Origin: Eledone cirrhosa
Taxonomy: Eukaryota
Length of the DNA: 64,000 bases
Assembly (NCBI GenBank): GCA_964016885.1
Contig: CAXHJY010000437.1
Location: 186,001 to 250,000, forward strand
Direction: 5' to 3'
Both the position numbers and the translations under genes were made by a program. Below the pieces are notes generated by a model. That model ran no database searches. It was not told where the DNA came from and saw nothing but the letters and a program-made list of their open reading frames with translations. Within the stretch, counting starts at the first letter, position 1; the number at the start of each line of letters is the position of its first letter. Shown in pieces: positions 1-13,149 of the stretch.

Positions 1-22
1 GTATTAGATACATATATAAATG

Positions 23-68
<46 letters not shown>

Positions 69-80
69 CATATATAAATG

Positions 81-116
<36 letters not shown>

Positions 117-137
117 CATATATAAATGTATATATAA

Positions 138-178
<41 letters not shown>

Positions 179-188
179 TATATAAATG

Positions 189-220
<32 letters not shown>

Positions 221-240
221 CATATATAAATGTATATAAA
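1..240. repeat. (TA)n/(TACA) compound microsatellite
   Basis: Direct reading; abuts the 5'-truncated end of an RTE copy at 241. Confidence 0.95.
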
Positions 241-2148
241 GTACCACAGACGCTCTTTTCATTGTACGACAACTACAGGAGAAGTACCTAGCTAAAAGTA
301 AACCCCTATACTTAGCTTTCGTCGACTTGGAGAAAGCCTTCGACAGAGTCCCCCGTTCCATTATCTGGTGGTCTCTTAGAAAACTAGGTGTTGACGAATG
401 GCTTGTGAGAGCTATACAAGCCATGTATAAAGAAACAGTCAGTAAGGTTAGAATTAACAACGAATATAGTGAAGAGTTTAGCGTAAAAGTTGGTGTCCAT
501 CAGGGCTCTGTTCTTAGCCCCCTACTATTTATTATTGCCCTTCAGGCTATAACAGAGGAGTTCAAGACCGGCTGCCCATGGGAACTCCTATACGCAGATG
601 ATCTAACGCTCATAGCTGAATCAATGACCGAACTAGAGAAGAAATTCCAAACATGGAAGCACGGCCTAGAATCAAAAGGCCTTAAAATTAACCTGGCTAA
701 GACTAAAGTTCTAGTTTGTAGGAAAGAAAATAAGGCGGCAGTCCCATCTGGGAAATGGCCATGCTCAGTGTGTAGGAAAGGCGTAGGTAGAAACTCCATT
801 TTATGTCCCAAATGCAAAAGATGTAGTGAGATCACAGGTAAGCTAACTAAGAACATAGATTTTACATGTGGCCGGTGCTCTGGTGCAATAAGTAGCAGCA
901 AGTGCCCACAAATACTAGCTCCTTCAACTGCGCAGAGGGTTCTATAGAAATAGTGGACAGCTTCCGTTACCTGGGTGACAAAATCAGCAGTGGGGGAGGG
1001 TGCTCTGAAAGTACAGTAGCTAGAGTCAGAACTGGATGGAAAAAGTTCAGAGAGCTTATACCACTATTAGCCGCTAGAGGGTTCACCCTAAAAATGAAAG
1101 GCAGGTTATACGATGCCTGCATACGAACAGCAATGCTGCATGGCAGTGAGACCTGGGCATTGTGTGCAGAGGATATACGCAGACTAGAGAGGAACGAAGC
1201 TTGCATGCTCCGCTGGATGTGCAATAGTAATATACGTGAACGGCAAAGCATAAACGAACTAAGGAAAAAATTAGAAATAAGAGGGATCAGATGTTGTTTA
1301 CTCGAGAGAAGGCTACGTTGGTACGGTCACGTGATGCGCATGAAAGACGACAGCTGTATAACAAAGTGCAGGGCAATAAAGATAGACGGTAGCCACGGAG
1401 TAGGCAGACCCAGAAAAACATGGGACGAGCTGATAAATTCCGACCTCACACGCTTACACCTCTCCAAGACAATGTCACTGGACCGAGACCTTTGGCGGTA
1501 CTCAGTAATCGAGAAGACCCGCCTTACCTAAATACAAAGTAAAAACCTACTACACTCAGTAGGCATCTCTATCAAAACACCCCCCCCCGTCCCACCACCT
1601 CCACCCCATCCACACCGCCCCTTTCAATGTAAAGTTATGTTGGTCCCACAACATCCAGGCCGAAACAAATGAGATCATGTAGGTGTCACGACAAAAAAAC
1701 ACACAGTCCACGCTGTAAATGTGGCCGTGTAGGCAACACGGTAAAAACCTCCCAGCCCCACACTGTAAATGTGGTTGGTGTTAGGAAGGGCATCCAGCTG
1801 TAGAAAACCCGCCAGACAGTCCACGCTGTAATGTGGCCGTGTAGGCAACACGGTAAAAACCTCCCAGCCCCACACTGTAAATGTGGTTGGTGTTAGGAAG
1901 GGCATCCAGCTGTAGAAAACCCGCCAGACAGTCCACGCTGTAATGTGGCCGTGTAGGCAACACGGTAAAAACCTCCCAGCCCCACACTGTAAACGTGGTT
2001 GGTGTTAGGAAGGGCATCCAACTGTAGAAAACCCGCCAGACAGTCCTATGCGAGCAAGACGACCACTCTTGCCTCAAGTGGGAAAACCCCCATCCAAACC
2101 CATGCAAGCGTGGAACACGGACGCTAAACCTGATGATGATGATGATGA
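241..2148 (+). mobile_element. RTE-clade LINE family A, 5'-truncated, frameshifted copy (RT + 3' UTR + (GAT)n tail)
   Basis: ORFs 327-947 and 902-1531 carry [33 protein letters not shown] and GRPRKTW; short deletion near 817 relative to the 25583 copy; 3' UTR ends in GATGATGAT. Confidence 0.95.
1704..2040 (+). repeat. Three tandem 112-113 bp units in the RTE-A 3' UTR
   Basis: CAGTCCACGCTGTA starts at 1704, 1817 and 1929; the array is closed by CAGTCCTATG at 2041. Confidence 0.9.
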
Positions 2149-3315
2149 TATATATATATATATAGTGGTGATGATATATATATATCATCACCATTTAATG
2201 TGTATATATATATATAATGGTGATGATATATATATATCATCACCATTTAATTGATGTATATATATCTATATATATTTGTGTGTATGTATGTGTGTACATA
2301 CATACATACATATATATACACACATACATACAATGCTTGTGATACAATACTTGAATTGTGCACAAAGAATGAAATGAAATTGTTTATGTTAGTTTTTCTA
2401 TGGAAGATCAAAAGTGGATGATCTTACTCTTTCTTTCTTTTAATTTAATTTCTATCTGTATTTTATTTTATTTCTTCTCTCACCTATCTCTCTCCTTCTG
2501 TCTTTTTCTCTTCATCTCTCTCTCTTTCCCTTCCTCTCTGTCTAATTTTCTCTCTTTCTGTCTGTTTATCTCTCTTCTCTCTCTTTTTTTAAACCTTTCT
2601 TTACTAAATCTATTGTTCACATACATAGACAGATATATACAGAAGCCTTCTCCATACCACTCATAATGAAGATGGCTCTTGAAGCAGCACTCCTGAAAAC
2701 AAAGCTTCTTTTTTTTTACTTCCAGCTTCACATTGTACATACTCAATAAGACTTCTACTAAACGCTGGTTTAGTTAGGTCTTTCCCACTCTTCCATCTGC
2801 TCATTAACAACCTACTCACTGTCGTATCTACTAATACAAACTTTTATGTGGATGGTAGAACCCTTCATTTCTCACATAACTTAGATACCTCCTACCAAAC
2901 ATGCACTGCCTCTATGAACAGAGACCTTGAAAAATGCCCTCCAACGCAGACATAACAGCCTACTTCCCTTCAACAGTATCAACATATCACAACAACCACT
3001 AACTCACATATGTACTCGGAGCTGCTTCTAGCTACACTTCAAAGGTACCCACTTCTGAACAAGTAAGCTACACACTGCCTCCAACTAGGCCCACCCAGCA
3101 CACCAATCTCTCCTCCTCTCATCATTCTTACTGTAACTTCTTCACCACCAAATTTCCTAGTAAAGATTTTATGAAATCAGTTGTCTCCTAAGACACTGCA
3201 CTGGAGATCAGCCATTCAACACATGTAAGCTTGGAAAAATTGGTGTAAAATTATGATGATAATAATAATGATCATGATGATATTGCTTTGATATTTATAG
3301 ATGAATAAACACAAG

Positions 3316-3391
3316 TATATATATATATATATTATATATATATATTATATATATTATATATATATATATATTATATATATATTATATATAT

Positions 3392-3424
<33 letters not shown>

Positions 3425-3425
3425 A

Positions 3426-3472
<47 letters not shown>

Positions 3473-3550
3473 TATATATTTATATATATATATATTATAT
3501 ATATTTATATATATTATATATATATTATATATATTTATATATATATTTTT
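3316..3550. repeat. (TA)n/(TAT) microsatellite
   Basis: Direct reading. Confidence 0.95.
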
Positions 3551-3639
3551 TTAGGAACGATCGACTTTCGTCAAATCGGACCAAGAAAACAATGTTTCCA
3601 TCGGTCTTTCCAATTGCTAATACGATCTATCGGTCGCAA

Positions 3640-4100
3640 CTCCAGGTAGAAGGAGCAACGTGAAATAAAGTGTCTTGCTCAAGGACATAACGCATTGCCC
3701 GGTTCGAGAGACAAAATCACAACCTCACGATTGCGAATCCAATTCTCTAACCACTCAGCCACACGCCTTCACACGCCTTCATATATATATATATCATCAT
3801 TCATCATTTCATTTTACGTCCACTTTTCCCTGCTTGCAAGGGTGGGATGGGAACTGATTCTGGCTTGATTTCTACAGCTGGATGCCCTTCCTAACACCAA
3901 CCTCATTTACAGTGAGTACTGAGTGCTTTTTTGCCGTGGCACCTCCACGACCACTTTGCAGTGGAATGATAAGGACCGCAGTCCCTATCATCTCATTTCT
4001 ACAGCTGAGTAAACTGGAGCAATGTGAAATAAAGTGTCTTGCTCAAGGAAACAACACAACACCCGGTCTGAGAATTGAACTCACAACCTTTCGATTATAA
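3640..4100 (-). mobile_element. Two tRNA/CORE-type SINE fragments interrupted by an RTE-B-like 3' end (~3795-3965)
   Basis: GTGAAATAAAGTGTCTTGCTCAAGGA occurs twice (reverse complement resembles the CORE-SINE motif); tRNA-box-like TAACCACTCAGCCAC; GATGCCCTTCCTAACACCAAC RTE tail motif. Confidence 0.6.
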
Positions 4101-4217
4101 TATATATAATATATATATATATATATGTAGAAGTTCTATTTAAATTGTTGTGATACAACAAGCAAATATTTTTATAACTGATATAAAGCACTCAACAAAT
4201 TATTGGTGTAAAAATAC

Positions 4218-4633
4218 GATATATTAACAAATGGAAACTATATTTATAAAACCATATTTATTTCATTATACATATTTCAAGGACACCAAGTTAAATTATG
4301 GTGTGCTTTCATCATATAAAATATAATATAGATCAGTTTTATAAATAAATATTGACATACCCTTAAAGAATGCGGCCATTTCCGTTGGAAGCTCCCGGAT
4401 AGGGAGCTTCCAACAGAAATGGCTGCATTCTTTAAGGGTATCATCATCATTTTACGTGCGCTTTTCCCTGCTTGCTAGGGTGTGCTTTCATCAGATAAAA
4501 TATAATATGTCAATATTTATTTATAAAACTGATCTATATTATATTTTATCTGATGAAAGCACACCATAATTGAACTTGGTGTCCTTGAAATATGTATAAT
4601 GAAATAAATATGGTTTCCATTTGTTAATATATC
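4218..4633. repeat. Long interrupted inverted repeat (foldback), centre ~4399
   Basis: Left arm 4218-4396 is the reverse complement of 4402-4440 plus ~4506-4633; 5-nt spacer GGATA. Confidence 0.9.
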
Positions 4634-5265
<632 letters not shown>

Positions 5266-8200
5266 TGCTACAATAGTGCTACAAATTTTTCTGGGTGGGA
5301 AATGACGATGGGATGGGTGGTGTAGGTATACTATTAGCTGACAAGTGGGTAGATAAAGTAATCTCAGTGTACAGGGTAAATGCAAGAATCATTAAACTCA
5401 GACTAGTCCTGAATAAGACAATTACCACAATAATATCAGCTTACGCACCCCAATCGGGGCTGCCAGACGAACTTAAGGATAGGTTTTACGAGTCCCTAAT
5501 ACACACTACTGCTCTAACAGACGACAAGGACTTCCTAATCATTGCAGGAGATTTTAACGGACACGTAGGTAAACACTGCGACGGCTTCAATAGAGTACAT
5601 GGAGGCCATGGAGTTGGCACAAGGAATGAGGAAGGATTCAGACTTCTAGAATTCTGCGACGCCAATGACATGTCGATATGTAACACAAACTTTAAAAAAC
5701 CCGACAACCACCTGATCACCTATAGATCAGGGGAGCACTCTAGTCAGTTAGATTTTATCCTCATCAGAGGACGTGACAGATGGACGGTCGTAAACACAAA
5801 AGCCTTCCCTAGTGAGGAATGTACATCCCAACATAGCTTAGTTGTCAGCGACCTCACGGTCAGAACTAGACGAGCCCTGAAACAGAGGCCAACCTGGAGA
5901 AGAAAGATCTGGAAGCTGAAAGTCCCCTCAACCAGTAACAGATTTAAAGATATTTTACTCAACGCCTACGACAGTAAAGAAGAACAGATAGAGACATTTA
6001 ACGTAGAAGAGAACTGGGAGTTCCTAAAAAATAACTTACTAGAGGCGACGGATGAGGTTTGTGGCTGGAGTAAGACCTCAAGCAGGAGGAGAGTGACTTG
6101 GTGGTGGAACAATAAGGTAGATGAAGCAGTCAAGGCCAAGAGACAGGCATGGAAAGAATGGAAGAACGGGGGGAGCAGGGTACATTACATAGAGACCAAG
6201 AGGGAAGCTAGGCGACAAGTATACTTAGCTAGGAGGGAAGCAGAGGATAGAAAATTCAAGCATGTTTTACAACGTGAGGACCAGAAACAGGAGGTATTCA
6301 AGATTGCGAGGCAGTGTGTCAGAGATAGTTGTGATGTCATTGGAGAGAAGTGTATCCGGAATGATAAAGGTGAGCTTGCCCTCACAAGTGCTGAGAAGAA
6401 AGATGCATGGAAGAGTCATTATGATAGATTACTAAATGAGGAGAATGCATGGGAAGAAGAGACCCTACCCCACGTAGACCCTATAGAGGGACCAGCAGTA
6501 CAAGTCAGCGGCAGCGTAGTAAGTAAGGCAATCAGAGATATGAAGATAGGGAAGGCAACCGGTCCATCGGGTATAGCTGCCGAGATGCTGAAGGCATCTG
6601 GGTCTGTAGGTCACACTATAACCACACGTATCGTTAACCAGGTAATACTAGAGGGGGCCATACCAAAAGATTGGTGCAGTAGCATCATTGTCAACTGCTA
6701 CAAAGGTAAAGGCGATGCACTAGATAGAGGAAACTATAGAGGTATAAAGTTGATGGACCAGGTCATGAAAGTAACAGAAAGAGTTATAGCACAGCTGATT
6801 AGGGACCGGGTGAATATAGACGAGATGCAATTTGGGTTTGTTCCAGGGAAAGGCACCACTGATGCGCTCTTCCTTGTGAGGCAATTACAGGAAAAGTACC
6901 TAGCTAAAAGTAAGCCACTCTACTTGGCATTTGTCGACCTTGAGAAAGCCTTTGACAGAGTTCCACGTGCAGTAATCTGGTGGGCTCTTAGAAAACTAGG
7001 AGTAGATGAATGGCTTGTGAAAGCGGTACAAGCCATGTATAGGGGAGCAGTCAGCAAAGTTAGGATTGGCAATGAGTATAGCGAGGAATTTAGCGTACAG
7101 GTTGGGGTCCACCAGGGCTCTGTTCTTAGCCCTCTCCTGTTCATCATAGTCCTGCAGGCAATAACGGAGGAGTTTAAGACCGGATGCCCATGGGAACTCC
7201 TGTATGCTGATGACCTCGCACTCATAGCTGAATCTATGGTAGAACTAGAGAATAAATTCCAAACCTGGAAGCAGGGACTAGAGAGAAAGGGCCTCAAAGT
7301 CAACATGACAAAGACTAAGGTCCTTATAAGTAGACGAGAAAACAGAACCCAGATCCCCTCAGGGAAATGGCCTTGCTCAGTATGTAGGAAAGGTGTAGGT
7401 AGGAACTCCATTCTTTGCCCCAAATGCAAACAATGGGTACACAAGAGATGTAGCGGGATCTCAGGAAGCTTAATTAAGAATGTAGGATTCACATGCAGCA
7501 GCTGTGCTGAAACAGCAAGCAAACAGCCACAGGAAACAAGTACCACCAATCTCTGGGAGGGCCCTGTAGAAACAGTAGACAGCTTCTGCTACCTAGGTGA
7601 CCGAATTAGCAACGGAGGTGGGTGCTCAGAAAGTACAATAACTAGGGTAAGAACGGGATGGAAGAAGTTTAGGGAACTACTACCACTGCTAGCTGCAAAA
7701 GGCTTCTCCCTCAGAATGAAAGGCAGACTGTATGATGCGTGTATCCGAACAGCGATGTTGCATGGTAGTGAGACCTGGGCGCTGAAGGTGGAAGACTTAC
7801 GTAGATTAGAGAGAAACGAAGCCTGCATGCTCCGATGGATGTGTAACAGTAATATACGTGAACGACAAAGCATAAATGAATTGAGAGAGAGACTGAGCAT
7901 AAGAGGAATCAAATGCTGTGTGCAGGAGAGGCGGTTACGCTGGTATGGACATGTGATGCGTATGAAGGATGACAGCTGCATAAAAAGGTGCAGAGCACTA
8001 GAAGTTGATGGAAACCGCGGTGTGGGGAGACCCAAGATGACTTGGGATGAGGTGATAAAAGCCGACCTTACCCAACTACACCTCTCAAAGTCAATGACAC
8101 ACGACCGTGACTTCTGGCGTCACGCAGTAATACAGGGTACCCGACCTCCCATGGGTACATGCTGAAGCATATAAACAATATGCCCCCCCCCCCCCACCGC

Positions 8201-8465
8201 AAGGTGGTCGTGGAGGTGCCACGGCAAAAAAGCACCCAGCCCACACTGTAAAGTGGACGTGTAGGCGCCACGAAAAAGCACCCAGCACTCACTGTAAATG
8301 AGGTTGGTGTTAGGAAGGGCATCCAGCTGTAGAAATCAAGCCAGATCAGTTCCTGTATGAGCAAGGCATGGTCAGCCGACCAGACACTGCCCACAACAGG
8401 ACAACCCGTCTAACCCATGCTAGCGTGGAAGAACGGACGTAAAACGGTGATGATGATGATGATGA
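5266..8465 (+). mobile_element. RTE-clade LINE family B, near-full-length copy with 3' UTR and (GAT)n tail
   Basis: Contains ORF 5295-8165; 3' UTR shares GTTAGGAAGGGCATCCAGC with family A; ends in (GAT)n; flanked by TA arrays. Confidence 0.95.
5295..8165 (+). CDS. RTE ORF (APE endonuclease + reverse transcriptase with PHD-like insert), uninterrupted; only the N-terminal APE motifs are missing
   Basis: APE motifs GGVGIL, SAYAPQ, GDFNGHVG, LDFIL, SQHSLV; RT motifs [36 protein letters not shown]. Confidence 0.93.
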   Translation: MGNDDGMGGVGILLADKWVDKVISVYRVNARIIKLRLVLNKTITTIISAYAPQSGLPDELKDRFYESLIHTTALTDDKDFLIIAGDFNGHVGKHCDGFNRVHGGHGVGTRNEEGFRLLEFCDANDMSICNTNFKKPDNHLITYRSGEHSSQLDFILIRGRDRWTVVNTKAFPSEECTSQHSLVVSDLTVRTRRALKQRPTWRRKIWKLKVPSTSNRFKDILLNAYDSKEEQIETFNVEENWEFLKNNLLEATDEVCGWSKTSSRRRVTWWWNNKVDEAVKAKRQAWKEWKNGGSRVHYIETKREARRQVYLARREAEDRKFKHVLQREDQKQEVFKIARQCVRDSCDVIGEKCIRNDKGELALTSAEKKDAWKSHYDRLLNEENAWEEETLPHVDPIEGPAVQVSGSVVSKAIRDMKIGKATGPSGIAAEMLKASGSVGHTITTRIVNQVILEGAIPKDWCSSIIVNCYKGKGDALDRGNYRGIKLMDQVMKVTERVIAQLIRDRVNIDEMQFGFVPGKGTTDALFLVRQLQEKYLAKSKPLYLAFVDLEKAFDRVPRAVIWWALRKLGVDEWLVKAVQAMYRGAVSKVRIGNEYSEEFSVQVGVHQGSVLSPLLFIIVLQAITEEFKTGCPWELLYADDLALIAESMVELENKFQTWKQGLERKGLKVNMTKTKVLISRRENRTQIPSGKWPCSVCRKGVGRNSILCPKCKQWVHKRCSGISGSLIKNVGFTCSSCAETASKQPQETSTTNLWEGPVETVDSFCYLGDRISNGGGCSESTITRVRTGWKKFRELLPLLAAKGFSLRMKGRLYDACIRTAMLHGSETWALKVEDLRRLERNEACMLRWMCNSNIRERQSINELRERLSIRGIKCCVQERRLRWYGHVMRMKDDSCIKRCRALEVDGNRGVGRPKMTWDEVIKADLTQLHLSKSMTHDRDFWRHAVIQGTRPPMGTC

Positions 8466-8507
8466 TATATATTATATATATATATTATATATATATATTA
8501 TATATAT

Positions 8508-8867
8508 CATCATCATCATCATCATCATCATCAGCGTTTAACGTCCGTGTTCCACGCTTGCATGGGTTTGGACGGGGGTAGTCCCACTTGAGGCAAGAGT
8601 GATTGTCTTGCTCGCATAGGACTGTCTGGCAGGTTTTCTACAGTTGGATGCCCTTCCTAACACCAACCACATTTACAGTGTGGGTCTGGGAGGTTTTTAC
8701 CGTGTTGCCTACACGGCCACATTACAGCGTGGACTGTGTGTTTTTTTGTCGTGACACCTACACGATCTCATTTGTTTCGGCCTCGATGGCGCGGCACCAA
8801 CATAACTTTACATAGAACGGGGTGGTGTGGATGGGGTGGGGGTGGGGGTGGTGGGACGGGGTGTATT

Positions 8868-8870
<3 letters not shown>
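8508..8870 (-). mobile_element. RTE-A 3' UTR-only fragment, tail-to-tail with the RTE-B copy
   Basis: (CAT)n followed by the reverse complement of the family A 3' UTR; near-identical to 41306-41650. Confidence 0.9.
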
Positions 8871-9858
<988 letters not shown>

Positions 9859-11248
9859 AAAAACAAATAACGAAACGAAATTAAATTTCGGTACATCTAC
9901 ATATGTATACGTGTGTGTATTCATATGCATACTAGTATTTCAGTATACATATGTGGATGTACATTTTTAACTTAATTGTTTATATATATATATTATATAT
10001 ATATATTATATATATATATTATATATATATTATATATATATATTATATATATATTATATATATTATATATATAATATATATATATATATTATATATATAT
10101 TATATATATAATATATATATCTACAAACACACAAACCAACACAGACACACATACACACTATACATATTGTATAAGTATATTCTACTATCAAAGAATTCAG
10201 TAGGACAAATCCATTTACATATTATTTACAAGATAGAATCTCTTGCTAACAAACACAGTAAACTGCCAAAAAATGCAACTTGTTTACTGTAAACAACTGT
10301 ACAACTGTTTCGTTGATAATTTTAGCTAATCATAAAAACATTCCTGCAATCTATCCAACTTTCATTCTTACTTTTTTTTTTCCATTTCATATATATGTGT
10401 GTGTATGTATGTGTGTAGGTGTGTGCGTGTGTATGAAGCTTCTTGTTTTTGTAATTTATTCTTCTCAGTCTTCAATGGAAACATCTTAAAGATAAAAGGA
10501 TATATAAAAAAGGGATATATATGCAGTATAAGGAATATGAATATATCTATGAATGTATATGTGTGTGTGTGTGTGTGTGACATGAATGAACAATATGAAG
10601 ACTGGGGGACCCAAGTTCGTGTAGTCAAGATTAAGTTTATGGATTTACAAGGATGATAGTAGCAAAGGATAAGAAGAATTAACACTGGCTTAGGGGTGGC
10701 CTTCATCTTGTAAGTGAGGTACAAAATCCCTCCCCCAGCCTGCCTGGGAGGTCAGTAGACTTGCTTCAGCCATGACTCAGTCTGTAAAGACCCATCTAAC
10801 CCTTCCTAGTAGATGTTAAATGATGTTGAGGATGATGAACTTATGATGTGGACAAGTAAGAGAAAATAAAATACTCAATATTGGAAGTTTAGAGTCATTT
10901 ACTCCATTTAGTGGAAGCTAAAAACATCCCAAAACATTGCTCAAAGTTTCCCATTTTTTTATATTCAGATGATTTTGATGTCGACAATCATCGAAAAATC
11001 AAAAATGAAAAATTGGAGTAATGATTAGTGAAAGTTTTTGTTTCCTATAAATGTGTGTATGTTTGTATATCTGATTGATATCATATTTACCAGTCTATCA
11101 ATCTATCTACATGTATAAACGACCCAATGGAACTTAAGTGTCTGTGTATGTCACTGTCGTAACTGATTAGGCAAACTCGTCCTACAGACTGAGTGCTCTT
11201 ATCCTTGGATATTTAAACCAAATTTATCCTACAATATATATATATATA

Positions 11249-12830
11249 TCATCATCATCATCATCATACATTGAAAGGGGCGGTGTGGATGGGGTGGGGG
11301 TGGTGAGACGGGGGTGTATTTTGTTAGAGGTGCCTACTGACTGTAGTAGGTTTTACTTTGTATTTAGGTAAGGCGGGTCTTCTCTATTACTGAGTACCGC
11401 CAAAGATCTCGGTCCAGTGACATTGTCTTGGAGAGGTGTAAGTGTGTGAGGTCGGAATTTATCAGGTCGTCCCAGGTTTTTCTGGGTCTACCTACTCCGC
11501 GTCTATCTTTATTGCCCTGCACTTTTTTATACAGCTGTCGTCTTTCATGCGCATCACGTGACCATACCAACGTAGCCTTCTCTCGAGTAAACAACTTCTG
11601 ATGCCTCTTATTTCTAATTTTTCCCTTAGTTCGTTTATGCTTTGCCGTTCACGTATATTACTATTACACATCCAGCGGAGCATGCAAGCTTCGTTCCTCT
11701 CTAGTCTGCGTATATCCTCTGCACACATGCCCAGGTCTCACTGCCATGCAGCACTGCTGTTCGTATGCAGGCATCGTACAACCTGCCTTTCATTTTTTGG
11801 GAGAACCCTTTAGCGGCTAATAATGGTATAAGCTCTCTGAACTTTTTCCATCCAGTTCTGACTCTAGCTACTGTACTTTCAGATAACCCTCTCCCACTGC
11901 TGATTTTGTCACCCAGGTAACGGAAGCTGTCCACTATTTCTATAGAACCCTCTGCGCAATTGAAAGAGCTAGTATTTTATGGGCACTTGCTGCTACTTAT
12001 TGCACCAGAGCACCGGCCACATGTAAAATCTATGTTCTTAGTTAGCTTACCTGTGATCCCACTACATCTTTTATGCACCCATACTTTGCATTTGGGACAT
12101 AAAATGGAGTTTCTACCTATGCCTTTCCTACACACTGAGCATGGCCATTTCCTGGAAGGGACCGGCGCCTTATTTTCTTTCCTACAAACTAGAACTTTAG
12201 TCTTAGCCAGGTTAATTTTAAGGCCTTTTGTTCTAGGCCGTGCTTCCATGTTTGGAATTTCTTCTCTAGCTCGGCCATTGATTCAGCTATGAGCGTTAGA
12301 TCATCTGCATATAGGAGTTCTCATGGGCAGCCGGTCTTGAACTCCTCTGTTATAGCCTGAAGGGCAATAATAAATAGTAGGGGGCTGAGAACAGAGCCCT
12401 GATGGACGCCAACTTTTACGCTAAACTCTTCACTATATTCGTCAACACCTAGTTTTCTAAGAGCCCACCAGATAATGGAACGGGGGACTCTGTCGAAGGC
12501 TTTCTCCAAGTCGACAAAAGCTAAGTATAGGGGTTTACTTTTAGCTAGGTACTTCTCCTGTAGTTGTCGTACAATGAAAAGAGCGTCTGTGGTACTTTTG
12601 CCTGACACAAACCCGAACTGCATTTCATCTAGATCAATTCTCTCTCTGATTAGTTGCGCTATTACTTTTTCCGTGACCTTCATGACCTGGTCGATTAATT
12701 TAATGCCTCTATAGTTACTCCTATCTAGGGCATCTCCTTTACCCTTGTAACAGTTAATGATGATGCTGCTACGCCAGTCCTTCGGAACAACCCCATTCTG
12801 TATGTATATATTCGGAACAACCCCATTCTG
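11249..12830 (-). mobile_element. RTE-A decayed copy with frameshifts, an internal deletion and a shortened 3' UTR
   Basis: ORF fragments 12321-13070 (part), 11977-12249, 11701-11934, 11492-11728 and 11364-11594 match family A; (CAT)n at ~11249. Confidence 0.92.
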
Positions 12831-13149
12831 TATATATATATTGTGTGTGTGTGCGTGTGTGAAGGGAAACAGCTCACACCCATATCCTTTGTATCTCTTA
12901 TCAGAGAGTTGAGGTTTATGCTGTAGATGATATTCATCTACTGGGAAAATGTGGATACAGACGGAATGATAAAGCAATGTGTTCAGCATGGACTCTGGTG
13001 GAGAGAGAGAGAGAGTACAGATAGACCTCCCAAAAAGTACAAGGGAGGCTTGGAAAAAAGATATGATCAATTAGATTAATACTCAGTTTGTATACCTGTA
13101 GTTCAATGATAATAGGAATATATATTGTGGGAAAATTGTTGTTGTTGAA

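Noticed and set aside
4548-4562. CTGATGA hammerhead-like heptamer (also at 16203)
   Set aside because: No compatible stem II/GAAA/stem I arrangement
6920-8035. Long antisense ORFs recurring in every RTE copy
   Set aside because: Shadow frames of the RT coding strand; recurrence only reflects copy similarity
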